Source: Clostridia bacterium
GTDB lineage: Bacteria; Bacillota; Clostridia; Oscillospirales; Acutalibacteraceae
Direction: 5' to 3'
DNA length: 64,000 nt
NCBI GenBank assembly: GCA_024404195.1
Contig: JAKSQJ010000002.1
Coordinates: 9,661-73,660 of the forward strand
A model generated the notes under the pieces. It searched no databases. It worked only from the letters and a program-made list of their open reading frames with translations, and had not been told where the DNA came from. Within the stretch, counting starts at the first letter, position 1. Each line of letters opens with the position of its first letter. The translations under genes and the position numbers were made by a program. Below are positions 25,882 through 35,553 of the stretch, piece after piece.

Positions 25882-26550
25882 TTAGTCTTTTATGTCGGAA
25901 AAATCCTTTAGCTCTATAATGGTATCGTTTGGAATACAGTTGAAGCTTCTGCTTTTTAATCTTAAAATTGAAGCGACTTCCTCTTTTGTTTTGTTAACAG
26001 CTAATATTTTGAAACCGTAATTAAAAATCAAATTTGACAAAGGAATAGATTGAGTGCTTCTTACAGTTTTGCCCAACTTAAACCATTTAACCTTTTCTTC
26101 TAAAAACTCGCCTATTTCAAAGTTTTGACCATAACAAATAAAAAGCAAATCGCTTGCATTTTTCCATACTGCCAAAGCAAGATATACTTTTTTATCTTTA
26201 AATGCTTCAGCTTTTTCAATGGTAGTATCATTAAAAGTTGCTTGCCAAGATTGTGCGCTAAAGCTCGCAGATTTTACTTCTAAATAGCAAGGTTTTTCTG
26301 TTGATAATTTGCAATCAAAACCATGTTTATCCACATTTACTAAATCAAATCCTAAGGTATATCCGGCTATAGAGTCTCTTAATTCGTTAATAAAAGTATC
26401 GGTGTCTCCCTTATGAAATTTTTCCTGAACTTTTTGAACATTTTGCAAAACTTCATGACCTTCAATCATAAATTGTTTATCAATTGGCAAAAAAGTCCCT
26501 TTGTTGAACAAATCTAAGTTTTTGTCTTCCATTTTTTTACACATCCTCAA
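25882..26550 (-). CDS. Putative type II restriction endonuclease (PD-(D/E)xK-like)
   Basis: A 216-222-aa ORF immediately downstream of, and overlapping, the methyltransferase gene. GFDCKL...CYLEVKS is a candidate D...ExK motif. The DNA is AT-rich. The start is either TTG at 26550 or ATG at 26532. Confidence 0.5.
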   Translation of the reverse strand: MRMCKKMEDKNLDLFNKGTFLPIDKQFMIEGHEVLQNVQKVQEKFHKGDTDTFINELRDSIAGYTLGFDLVNVDKHGFDCKLSTEKPCYLEVKSASFSAQSWQATFNDTTIEKAEAFKDKKVYLALAVWKNASDLLFICYGQNFEIGEFLEEKVKWFKLGKTVRSTQSIPLSNLIFNYGFKILAVNKTKEEVASILRLKSRSFNCIPNDTIIELKDFSDIKD

Positions 26551-27737
26551 TTAAAATAATAACTATTAAAGTCAATTTCCTTTTTTTTCTTATCCAAAAA
26601 GCGGTTAATTCTAAATTTTAATATTTCATCTACCGACGGATTTATATTGAATTTTTCGCATTCTTTATAAACCTCACTTTTTGGATTTATTTTTTCTCTT
26701 ATTTGAATTAATACATAACTAATATTTTTATTGTCTTCTTCGTTCACTTCATAAACTGCTTGTGCCAAAGATCCAGATCCTGCAAAATAATCTAAAACCA
26801 CATCGTCTTTGTTAGTTGAAATTCTAATTAAAAACTTTAACATTTCCACCGGTTTTGGAGTATCAAACAAGTCATTGATTCCCAATTTTTTCAAATCGTT
26901 AGTTCCCTGCCTTGAAAAGAATCTCAACATTGACGGAACATTATCTTCAGATTCGTATAAATAATGCTTGCTATAGGGACGACCGTCTTTGAAACACAAC
27001 CTGTTTTCTTTATATAATTGAATAAATCTTTTATCGCTGGACCAACCTCTTGTGGGCAACGGATCAAGTTTCAAATTAATTTCGGGAATATCGACGGCTC
27101 TCGGTTTGCCTGGAGTTGACAAATCAACTGCAAAAAAAATATTTCCGTTTTCATCAACATTTGAATAGTTTTTCAACCAAGTTATATTGTAATTATAACA
27201 ATAATCTTTAATGATGGATTTTAATTTTTTATTTGCAACTTCAAGCCCTTCCAATTCAATTATTTTTTTAATTTCACTACTTAATTTTTCTATCATTTTT
27301 TTATCTTCGGGAATTTCCATGCGATTAATCACGAATTTATGCAATAGGTTTTTGTCTTTTGCAAAACACACAATGTATTCGTGGACGGTATTAATATGCT
27401 TGGCATTACTCCTTTGGGCTTGTTGAGTAATAAAAGTTCCGACGAAATTTTCCTTTTTGAAAACATCATCGCATATTAATTTCAAATTGGCATATTCATT
27501 GTCGTCTATGCTGATAAAAATAACGCCATCATTTTTTAGAAGTTTTCGTGAAGCAATAAGCCTTTTCCGCATAAAACTTCCCCATTCGTCGCTTGAATTT
27601 TTATCATTATAGCTTTTTTCTCCATTAGTGTTATAAGGAGGATCAATATAAATCATTTTGATTTTATCATTATATTTATCAAATGCCTGACTTGTCATGA
27701 CTTTTAGATTATCGCCAACATAAATTTCGTTTTTCAC
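26547..27737 (-). CDS. Beta-class N6-adenine/N4-cytosine DNA methyltransferase (type III Mod-like catalytic core)
   Basis: A 396-aa ORF. Motif IV IYIDPPYNT precedes motif I DYFAGSGSLAQAV, which is the beta-class order. The segment DEWGSFMRKRLIASRKLLKNDGVIFISIDDNE is typical of Mod/MboII-like enzymes. Confidence 0.85.
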   Translation of the reverse strand: MKNEIYVGDNLKVMTSQAFDKYNDKIKMIYIDPPYNTNGEKSYNDKNSSDEWGSFMRKRLIASRKLLKNDGVIFISIDDNEYANLKLICDDVFKKENFVGTFITQQAQRSNAKHINTVHEYIVCFAKDKNLLHKFVINRMEIPEDKKMIEKLSSEIKKIIELEGLEVANKKLKSIIKDYCYNYNITWLKNYSNVDENGNIFFAVDLSTPGKPRAVDIPEINLKLDPLPTRGWSSDKRFIQLYKENRLCFKDGRPYSKHYLYESEDNVPSMLRFFSRQGTNDLKKLGINDLFDTPKPVEMLKFLIRISTNKDDVVLDYFAGSGSLAQAVYEVNEEDNKNISYVLIQIREKINPKSEVYKECEKFNINPSVDEILKFRINRFLDKKKKEIDFNSYYFN

Positions 27738-27778
27738 GATATCACTCCAAATAATATTTTATAAAAACCCGACTTTTC

Positions 27779-29143
27779 TCACCTAATAAGTCCTACGGCT
27801 TCTTTTAGGTTTTTGACGGGGATAATTTCTATTCCGTCGGGAACGGATGTTAGCGCCTTATATGAGCTTTTAGGCATAATACAAGTTGTAAATCCCAAAG
27901 ATTTTGCCTCTTTTATTCGGGATAATGCACGGGGCACTGCCCTTATTTCGCCCGAAAGTCCGACCTCGCCGAAAGCTATAACATTGTCGCCAATCGGAAT
28001 ATCCCGAAGTCCCGAAACAAGCGACATACAAACCGCTAAATCAACGGCGGGCTCGTCCAACCTCATACCGCCTACAACATTAAGGTAGGTGTCAAGGTTT
28101 GAAAAGAAAAGTCCGAGCCGCTTTTCAAGCACGGCTAAAAGCATATTAAGACGGTTAAAATCATAACCGTTTGCCATTCTTCTCGGGTTGCCGAAGCCGG
28201 TTGTCGTAACAAGTCCCTGAATTTCCGAAAGAATAGGTCTTGTCCCCTCAATAACGCAGGTAATACAACCTCCCGAAACATTATTTATTCTTCCCGAAAG
28301 AAGCATTGCCGACGGGTTTTCAACCACCATAAGTCCTTTATCGGTCATTTCAAAAACGCCGATTTCATTAGTTGAGCCGAAACGGTTTTTAATGGCACGA
28401 AGAATCCTATACGACTGATTTCTCTCGCCCTCAAAATATAAAACGGTATCAACGATATGCTCAAGAACCTTAGGCCCTGCAATATCGCCGCCTTTATTGA
28501 CATGCCCTACGATTAAAATTGGGATTTCAAGGGCTTTTCCCGTGCGAAGAAGCATATTGGTTGACTCTCTGACCTGCACTAAACTGCCTGCCGACGAGGC
28601 AATTTCGGAAATTTGCATTGTTTGAATGGAATCTATCATTACGAGGTCGGGTTTTTGCGCCTTTATGTATTCGCAGACCGAAAGCGTATCGGTATCTGAA
28701 ACTATGGTTACATTATCGCCCTCAACCGAAAGACGGGAAGCACGAAGCTTTATTTGATTAGGCGACTCCTCGCCCGAAACATACATAATATTAAGTTTAT
28801 CGGAAAATGCCTTGCAAATCTGCAAAAGAATGGTTGATTTACCTATTCCGGGGTCACCCGAAAGCAAAACGACACTGCCCTTTACAATACCGCCGCCAAG
28901 CACTCTGTCAAGCTCGGAAATACCCGTAACATACCGTTGCTCGTCCGCAGAAGAAATTTTAGAAAGGGTTTTGGCGGAAGTTATATTTTCGGCGGAAACC
29001 GACAGGGGTTTTGAAGTGCTTTGCACCGAAAGATGCTCTTCCATACTGTTCCAAGCGCCGCAGCTTGCGCATTTTCCCGCCCATTTCGGACTTTGGGCGC
29101 CACATTCGTTACAAACGAAAACCGTTTTTTGTTTTGGTGGCAT
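27779..29143 (-). CDS. radA: DNA repair protein RadA/Sms
   Basis: A 454-aa ORF with an N-terminal zinc ribbon (CNECGAQSPKWAGKCASCGAWNS), Walker A GDPGIGKST, KNRFG and a Lon-like C-terminal domain. Confidence 0.9.
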   Translation of the reverse strand: MPPKQKTVFVCNECGAQSPKWAGKCASCGAWNSMEEHLSVQSTSKPLSVSAENITSAKTLSKISSADEQRYVTGISELDRVLGGGIVKGSVVLLSGDPGIGKSTILLQICKAFSDKLNIMYVSGEESPNQIKLRASRLSVEGDNVTIVSDTDTLSVCEYIKAQKPDLVMIDSIQTMQISEIASSAGSLVQVRESTNMLLRTGKALEIPILIVGHVNKGGDIAGPKVLEHIVDTVLYFEGERNQSYRILRAIKNRFGSTNEIGVFEMTDKGLMVVENPSAMLLSGRINNVSGGCITCVIEGTRPILSEIQGLVTTTGFGNPRRMANGYDFNRLNMLLAVLEKRLGLFFSNLDTYLNVVGGMRLDEPAVDLAVCMSLVSGLRDIPIGDNVIAFGEVGLSGEIRAVPRALSRIKEAKSLGFTTCIMPKSSYKALTSVPDGIEIIPVKNLKEAVGLIR

Positions 29144-29152
29144 AAAATCAAC

Positions 29153-29863
29153 TCACTTGTAAAAATTTTCAATTCCGTTTTCAATGGCAAACGCCATTTT
29201 GTTTTGATATTCTTCCTGCTTTAACAGTTTTAGGTCCTGATTATTGCTTAAAAATCCACATTCAACGATAACGGCAGGGATATTTGCATTATAAAGAAGA
29301 TATGCCGCACTTGTTGCCTTTTTTATCACCCGTTTATTATCCTTTTGGACAAGCGAAACTACACTTTTTTGGATAAAATCCGCCAAATCTTTTGATTTAT
29401 CATTATTCCCCGAATAAAATGTTTGTGTGCCGAAGGCGGCAGAGGTGGTATATTTATTTAAGTGGATACTGACGAATATCGCATTCGGGTTTTCCCTCAT
29501 AATTTCAAGTCGGTTTTGCATATCGCTTCGCTTTTTATGGCGGATTTTCGTGCCCGAATCGTTGGTGGCGGTGTCGGTAGTCCTCGTCATAATCGTTTTA
29601 TAGCCGTTAAATATCAAAAGACGGTTTAATTTTTTGGCAATAATAAGGTTTATATCCTTTTCGTTTGTGCCGTCTATGGCGACGGCGCCGCCGTCAAAAC
29701 CGCCGTGACCTGCGTCAATAATAACGGTAGGAGCACTATTTTTTACCCTTGCCGAAGCGGTAACCGATTTGTTACTGCGAGTGGCAAAAAATCCGAAAAC
29801 AAGCGCCAAGCCAAAAAATAAAATCGGCAAAAACTTTTTTATATAACCCTTCAAATCTATCAC
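29153..29863 (-). CDS. cwlD: N-acetylmuramoyl-L-alanine amidase, CwlD-like
   Basis: A 236-aa ORF with an N-terminal TM helix. The Amidase_3 pattern is present: IIDAGHGGFDGGA...SIHLN. Confidence 0.75.
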   Translation of the reverse strand: MIDLKGYIKKFLPILFFGLALVFGFFATRSNKSVTASARVKNSAPTVIIDAGHGGFDGGAVAIDGTNEKDINLIIAKKLNRLLIFNGYKTIMTRTTDTATNDSGTKIRHKKRSDMQNRLEIMRENPNAIFVSIHLNKYTTSAAFGTQTFYSGNNDKSKDLADFIQKSVVSLVQKDNKRVIKKATSAAYLLYNANIPAVIVECGFLSNNQDLKLLKQEEYQNKMAFAIENGIENFYK

Positions 29864-29924
29864 CCGAACATAAAAGATAATAGATTTTATTCAGAGCGGC
29901 GGCTTTTTATTACCGAATGGGGAA

Positions 29925-30869
29925 TTATCCTATTTTTTTGATGTTTTCATCGTTTGTTTGCGAAATAATATAGTGCGGTCGGCGTTTTGTTTCGGAGTAG
30001 GTTTTTGAAAGATACTGTCCCATAACTCCGATACAAAAGAGTTGAATGCCGCCGATAAAAAGGATAAAACATATCGTTGACGGCCAACCGGCAACGGGGT
30101 CGCCGAACAAAATTTTCTTAAAGATTATAACGAGCATAACCAAAAAAGAAATAACGGTCATAATAATTCCGAACCACGAAGCAAGATTTAGCGGAACCTG
30201 CGAAAAATTGATTATGCCGTCTATCGCATACTTAAATAATTTCCAAAAACTCCATTTTGTTTCTCCGGCTATTCGTTCATTGTTTTCATAAGAAAGCCAA
30301 TAGGTCTTAAAGCCGATCCAACCGAAAATGCCTTTTGAAAAGCGGTTTGCCTCGCCCATGGCGACAACGGCATCAACCATTTCTCTTTTCATAAGGCGGA
30401 AATCTCTTGCCCCGTCAACAATATCGGCATCGGAAAAGCGGTTAATAAGCTTATAGAACATTCTCGCAAAAAAGCTTCTTATTACCGGCTCACCTTTTCT
30501 TGAAACCCTGCGTGTCGCAACGCTGTCATAATCATTGTTTTCAAGCAATTCAAGCATATCGGGAAGAAGCGAAGGCGGATCCTGCATATCGGCGTCCATA
30601 ACGGCAACAAAGTCCCCCGAAGCATTGGAAAAACCGGCATACATAGCGGCTTCTTTTCCGAAATTTCTTGAAAATGAAATATATTTAATGTTTTTGTTTT
30701 CCTTTGAAATTTCTTTTAATATTTTAAGGGTGTTATCGGTTGAGCCGTCATCAATAAAAAGCAGTTCGTAATCATACTTTATCTTTGACAAAACTTTTAT
30801 GACTTCTTTATAAAATAAGGCGACGGTTTTTCCCTCGTTAAAGCATGGAACGATAAGCGAAATTTTCAT
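29925..30869 (-). CDS. GT2 polyprenyl-phosphate glycosyltransferase (GtrB/CsbB-like) with C-terminal TM helices
   Basis: MKISLIVPCFNEG...LFIDDGSTDNT...MDADMQDPP. There are two C-terminal TM helices. I prefer the ATG at 30869, preceded by GGAGG. Confidence 0.8.
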   Translation of the reverse strand: MKISLIVPCFNEGKTVALFYKEVIKVLSKIKYDYELLFIDDGSTDNTLKILKEISKENKNIKYISFSRNFGKEAAMYAGFSNASGDFVAVMDADMQDPPSLLPDMLELLENNDYDSVATRRVSRKGEPVIRSFFARMFYKLINRFSDADIVDGARDFRLMKREMVDAVVAMGEANRFSKGIFGWIGFKTYWLSYENNERIAGETKWSFWKLFKYAIDGIINFSQVPLNLASWFGIIMTVISFLVMLVIIFKKILFGDPVAGWPSTICFILFIGGIQLFCIGVMGQYLSKTYSETKRRPHYIISQTNDENIKKIG

Positions 30870-30977
30870 ATAAAAACCTCCTGCGCCTAAAAATAACACT
30901 TAAAGCAATCGGCGGTATAATACCGCCGATTACACATAATTAGTATATCATAAAAAAGTCGCTTTTTCAATAATGCG

Positions 30978-33005
30978 TTACGAATTTTTGCCGCTTACGA
31001 TTTTTAAGTAGGCATTTGAGGTGATTTTATAAACAACCGCATAAAAAAGTGAGAAAATAAGGGCGGTCGCAAGGGTTGTAAATACGAGAAGCGCCGTATT
31101 TGTTATACCGAAAAGAATTAAGATTTTCTTAATAAGGGGAAAGGCAAAGGCGGTATGCATAACGGCAAAGACGATAGGCAGAAAAAAGACGGTCAGCATC
31201 TGCGAATTAACGCTTCTTTTGATGTCTTTTTTTGTCATTCCGATTTTTTGCATTATTAAGAAGCGGTCGGCATCTTCAAAGCCCTCGGTTATCTGCTTAT
31301 AGTAAATGATAATTACTGCCGCAACAAGAAACATTATGCTCAACATAACCGCAAGGAAGAAAAATCCGCCGAATGTTCCGTAAAAGTCGTTTTTCTCCTG
31401 CTCGGCACTTGTAACGGTTAAACGGACATTATTGCCGTAACCTACCGCTTTTCTTGCGGTTTCGGCAAGTTCTTTAGTGATTTTTTCCTGCGTTTTAAGG
31501 TCTTTAACGGTATCAAATGCGTATTCATAATTATAGCTGATAAGAGGGTCTTCTGCGTTTTCATCTTTTACGGCAAGGGCGTTTGTAACATCGCTTAAAT
31601 TATTAACAATAACAAAAAGGTTAGGGTTGACGGCAACATTTGAGGAGCCGTTGATTTTTAGTTTTTTAAGCTTTTTGACGGTTTTTATTTTAAGTCCCGA
31701 AATATCGTAATGCTTTTGAATTTTGCCCTTATGCGTTGCAAAAATAAGCGCCTCGCCCGATTTTAACTTTTCGTTTTTGCCCATCATTTTATTATAATCC
31801 TTAAGCGAAATAAAATGCAGAGTAACGATATCCTTAAAGCTGTAAACCGTTTCGTTTTCGCTGTCAATTATTATTTTGCCGTTATCTTTTAAAAGTCCCG
31901 AAACATAGATTTCAAAATAGTCCCAGCCGTTGTTTTTTGTGTTGTATTTTTTTGCGGCGGTATCAAAATCGCTTCGCAATTTCCCCGTTTTTTCTTCGCT
32001 TAAAACATTTCTGTAAGAGGTTGAAGCGTTAAACATAATATCCCTCGGATACCTGTTATTTAAGCTATCCTCTGAGCCGATAAAAAGGCAACCCGTTGAG
32101 GAAAGCATAACAAGAACCATAGTAAGAAGAATACAGATAGAGGCAAGTCCTGCGCCGTTTCGTCTCATTCTGAAGGTCATACTTGAAACCGAAACAAAAT
32201 GATTTTTCTTATAGTAATATCTTTTGTTCTTTGAAAGAAGTCGGCAAAGCATAACCGAGCCCGAAATAAAGACGAGATACGAGCCGATTATTACCATAAT
32301 AACCGCAACCAAAAACCATATCGCCGCTTCAATGGGACTTTCAATGGAAACCGCAATATAATAGGCGCCGCCCAAAATAACAAATCCCAAAATGCCTAAA
32401 AGAATATTGGCTTTCGGCGGTTTTTCGCCGAGATTTGCGCTCTTTGTAAGGTTAAGCGCACTGCTTGAGCGAATCTGCCTTATACTGTTGAGAAGAATAA
32501 GAAGAAAAATTCCCAAAAACAAAACAAAGGTTTTGATTATTGCCGAAAGGGAGAGAGAAAATGTGAATTTTGCGTTTTCGCCGATAAGCTTAATTAAGGA
32601 AAGTTCAAAAAGCTTTGAAAATGCGATACCGACAACCGTTCCCGAAACAAACGAAATAGCGAAAAGAAAACCGCTTTCAAAAAGCAGGATTTTACCTATT
32701 CCCTTTTTATCCATTCCGAGAATGTTATAAAGACCGAACTCTTTTTTGCGGTTTTTTATCAAAAATGAGTTGGTATAAAATAAGAAAATAACCGAAAATA
32801 CGGCTATAACCCAAACGCCGAGCCCCAAAAGCGTTTTAAGCGATTCGGCTTTCGGTATTTCATCTATTATTTTTGCATCGCAAAGGTATGCCATAATATA
32901 GAACATCGCAACCGAAAGAACGCAGGTTAAAATATAGGGAAAATAGGTTTTCTTGTTCTTTTTTATACCCTCCGACGCAAGCTTCGGATAAAAGACGGTG
33001 TTCAT
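30978..33005 (-). CDS. BceB-type FtsX-family ABC permease (10 TM, large extracellular domain)
   Basis: A 675-aa ORF with the architecture and length of peptide-antibiotic-sensing BceB permeases. Its ATG overlaps a TAA that is in frame with the upstream ATPase tail (TAATG). Confidence 0.8.
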   Translation of the reverse strand: MNTVFYPKLASEGIKKNKKTYFPYILTCVLSVAMFYIMAYLCDAKIIDEIPKAESLKTLLGLGVWVIAVFSVIFLFYTNSFLIKNRKKEFGLYNILGMDKKGIGKILLFESGFLFAISFVSGTVVGIAFSKLFELSLIKLIGENAKFTFSLSLSAIIKTFVLFLGIFLLILLNSIRQIRSSSALNLTKSANLGEKPPKANILLGILGFVILGGAYYIAVSIESPIEAAIWFLVAVIMVIIGSYLVFISGSVMLCRLLSKNKRYYYKKNHFVSVSSMTFRMRRNGAGLASICILLTMVLVMLSSTGCLFIGSEDSLNNRYPRDIMFNASTSYRNVLSEEKTGKLRSDFDTAAKKYNTKNNGWDYFEIYVSGLLKDNGKIIIDSENETVYSFKDIVTLHFISLKDYNKMMGKNEKLKSGEALIFATHKGKIQKHYDISGLKIKTVKKLKKLKINGSSNVAVNPNLFVIVNNLSDVTNALAVKDENAEDPLISYNYEYAFDTVKDLKTQEKITKELAETARKAVGYGNNVRLTVTSAEQEKNDFYGTFGGFFFLAVMLSIMFLVAAVIIIYYKQITEGFEDADRFLIMQKIGMTKKDIKRSVNSQMLTVFFLPIVFAVMHTAFAFPLIKKILILFGITNTALLVFTTLATALIFSLFYAVVYKITSNAYLKIVSGKNS

Positions 33006-33088
33006 TAGGCATTACCCCCTGCAAGTAGGGTTACGGTGTCGGTTATTTTTTGGTAAAACTGCTCGTTTGTGTCCTCGCCCTTGAAAAT

Positions 33089-33763
33089 TTAATGAAAAAC
33101 CTCGCCGTCCTTAATGAAAAGCACCCGTTTTGCATGACTTGCGGCACGGACCGAATGGGTTACCATAAGAATTGTCTGACCTTTTTCGTTTATGCTTGAA
33201 AATTGCCTTAAAAGCTCGTCGGATGATTTTGAATCAAGCGCACCCGTCGGCTCGTCGGCAAGGATAATGTGAGGGTTTGTTATAATCGCTCTTGCAACGG
33301 CGGCGCGTTGCTTTTGTCCGCCCGAAACCTCATAAGGATATTTTTTAAGCAGGTCAAAAATGCCCAAATCCTTTGCTATCGGCTCTAATCTTTTCCGCAT
33401 TACCTTATAGTCCGTTCCCGAAAGGACAAGCGGAAGATAGATGTTATCTTCAAGGGTAAAGGTGTCAAGCAGGTTAAAATCCTGAAAAACAAAACCCAAA
33501 TTATCCCTGCGAAAAGCCGAAACGGCGGAGTCCTTAATTCCCGAAAAGTCAATGCCGCCGAGTGTTATTGTTCCGGCGGTCGGCTTATCAATGGCGGCTA
33601 AAATGTTAAGAAGTGTCGTTTTGCCGCTTCCCGACTCGCCCATAATGGCAACATATTCGCCCTCCTCAACCGAAAAATTGACATTTTTAAGCGCTTCAAC
33701 GGTGTTTGCGCCGAAACGGGTTCTGTAAACCTTTTTAATGCCTTTGGCTTCAAGTAAACTCAT
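33089..33763 (-). CDS. BceA-type ABC ATPase, truncated by an in-frame TAA 27 codons before the family-typical end
   Basis: Walker A GESGSGKTT, the signature SGGQKQR and Walker B ILADEPT are present. After ...FIKDGEVFH there is a TAA at 33089-33091. The same frame continues as IFKGEDTNEQFYQKITDTVTLLAGGNA to the TAATG at 33003-33007. Confidence 0.8.
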   Translation of the reverse strand: MSLLEAKGIKKVYRTRFGANTVEALKNVNFSVEEGEYVAIMGESGSGKTTLLNILAAIDKPTAGTITLGGIDFSGIKDSAVSAFRRDNLGFVFQDFNLLDTFTLEDNIYLPLVLSGTDYKVMRKRLEPIAKDLGIFDLLKKYPYEVSGGQKQRAAVARAIITNPHIILADEPTGALDSKSSDELLRQFSSINEKGQTILMVTHSVRAASHAKRVLFIKDGEVFH

Positions 33764-33873
33764 AAAAAATTACCTCGCTTTTTGCTTTTATGCCCCGATT
33801 ATAACAAAAAAAGGCGATTCATTCCATTGAATCACCTTACATTTTCGGCTCAAAACTAACGGTTTTGTCACAT

Positions 33874-34857
33874 TTAATCGCAAATTCCTGATTTTCTGCT
33901 TAAATCTATATAAACAGTCGTTCCCTTATCAAGTTTTGACTCTATATAGATGTTATGCCCTAAATTATCGCAAATTCTTTTGCAAAGATAAAGACCTATT
34001 CCGCTTGCTTTTTTATCGTTCCTGCCGTTAAGTCCCGTAAAGCCGTTTTCAAAAATTCTGGGCAGCTCGGACGGCAAAATCCCGATACCCGTATCGGATA
34101 TTGAAAGAATATCGTTTTCGTCAAGCGCAACCGTTACTCCGCCCTTGTTTGTGTATTTAACGGCGTTTGAGATAACCTGTTCAACAACAAACGAGAGCCA
34201 TTTTTCGTCGGTTAAAACCTGCTTTTTTGTATCGGAATAATTAAAGCTTAATTTCTTTGAAATAAACTGCGCCGAAAACTTTTTGACCGAGCTTTTTACC
34301 AAACTGTCTATATCGCAGTTCTTAAACACAAAGTCGGTTGTTTTACTGTCAAGGCGCAAAAAGGTCAAAACCATATTGACATAATTTTCTATCCTCAAAA
34401 GGTCGTAACTTAACCTTTTTGAATTTTCATTATCCTCATTTTGAATATTTAGGCGCATTGAGGCAATAGGCGATTTTATTTGATGAACCCATAAGGTATA
34501 GTAATTTATCATATTATCGTATTTTTCGTCCGACTGTTTTATGAAAATACGGTTATTTTCCTCTAATAACTCAATTATTTCCTTATAGGTTTCTTCGCAA
34601 AAAGAGGCGGATTTCGGCAGGGTATCAATTAAAACCGCCCCCGTTTTTTTGATTTTTTGAAGCTCATTATACCGCTTTAATTCAACAAAATAATCAATAA
34701 TCAAGATAACGGCGCCTATACCGATACATAAAAACAAAGGATAAAGAATTGTGTTTACGGATATACCGTAAAGATAAAAGGTAAACCCGAAAATAACGGC
34801 AAAAACAAAAAAAGCGGTTATCGCTTTATACTTTTGTTTTAAGTATTTTATAAGCAT
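33874..34857 (-). CDS. BceS-type intramembrane-sensing histidine kinase
   Basis: A 327-aa ORF. Two N-terminal TM helices have almost no external loop. The H-box is WVHQIKSPI, and the HATPase motifs are NAVKYT and DTGIGI. Confidence 0.8.
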   Translation of the reverse strand: MLIKYLKQKYKAITAFFVFAVIFGFTFYLYGISVNTILYPLFLCIGIGAVILIIDYFVELKRYNELQKIKKTGAVLIDTLPKSASFCEETYKEIIELLEENNRIFIKQSDEKYDNMINYYTLWVHQIKSPIASMRLNIQNEDNENSKRLSYDLLRIENYVNMVLTFLRLDSKTTDFVFKNCDIDSLVKSSVKKFSAQFISKKLSFNYSDTKKQVLTDEKWLSFVVEQVISNAVKYTNKGGVTVALDENDILSISDTGIGILPSELPRIFENGFTGLNGRNDKKASGIGLYLCKRICDNLGHNIYIESKLDKGTTVYIDLSRKSGICD

Positions 34858-34879
34858 AAATAACCACCCTTTTTTTATT

Positions 34880-35551
34880 TTATGAAATTATATATCCGAC
34901 ACCGAATTTTGTTGTAATAAACCCGTCAAGTCCGACATTTTCAAGCTTTTTGCGAAGCCGTCCGACATTTACCGTAAGAGTATTTTCATCAACAAAACTG
35001 TCGGTTTCCCAAAGTGCCTGCATAAGCGTTTCTCTGCTGACGGTTTTGCCCTTATTCTGCAAAAGCGTTAAAAGAATACGGTATTCGTTTTTTGAAAGGT
35101 CAATGTTTTCGCCTTTATAGTTTAATGTTCCGTCACCTAAATTAAGAACGGCGCCCTTATGCTCAATAATGCTTGAACTGCCTGCAAAATCATAGGTTCT
35201 TCTGAGAATTGCCTGAACCTTCGCGAGTAAAACATTTTTATCAAAGGGCTTCGGGATAAAATCGTCCGCCCCCATATTTATTGCATAAACGATATTCATA
35301 TTATCCGAAGCCGAGGAAATAAAGACAATCGGAACAGAGCTTATGTTTCTTATTTCCCTGCAAAAATGGTAGCCATCCTTAAAGGGTAGGGAAATATCCA
35401 TTAAAACAAGGTGCGGACAGTAGGCGGAAAATTCGCCTATGATATTTTTGAAATCGTTTACACCCGAAACCTCAATATCCCATGGCGAAAGGGTGTCCTT
35501 AATGCCCGTTAAAATGCCTGCGTCGTCCTCAACTGCCAAAACCTTATACAT
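34880..35551 (-). CDS. OmpR-family response regulator (BceR-like)
   Basis: A 223-aa ORF. The receiver domain carries DISLPFKDG, and a C-terminal winged-helix domain follows. Confidence 0.85.
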   Translation of the reverse strand: MYKVLAVEDDAGILTGIKDTLSPWDIEVSGVNDFKNIIGEFSAYCPHLVLMDISLPFKDGYHFCREIRNISSVPIVFISSASDNMNIVYAINMGADDFIPKPFDKNVLLAKVQAILRRTYDFAGSSSIIEHKGAVLNLGDGTLNYKGENIDLSKNEYRILLTLLQNKGKTVSRETLMQALWETDSFVDENTLTVNVGRLRKKLENVGLDGFITTKFGVGYIIS

Positions 35552-35553
35552 TT

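Noticed and set aside
33764-33873. Possible BceR-binding site (TGTGACA ... TGTAAGG) upstream of the ABC ATPase gene
   Set aside because: A TATAAT -10 is present on the minus strand. The two half-sites are too far apart to match the compact repeat I recall for BceR-type boxes, so this is not supportable without a motif search.
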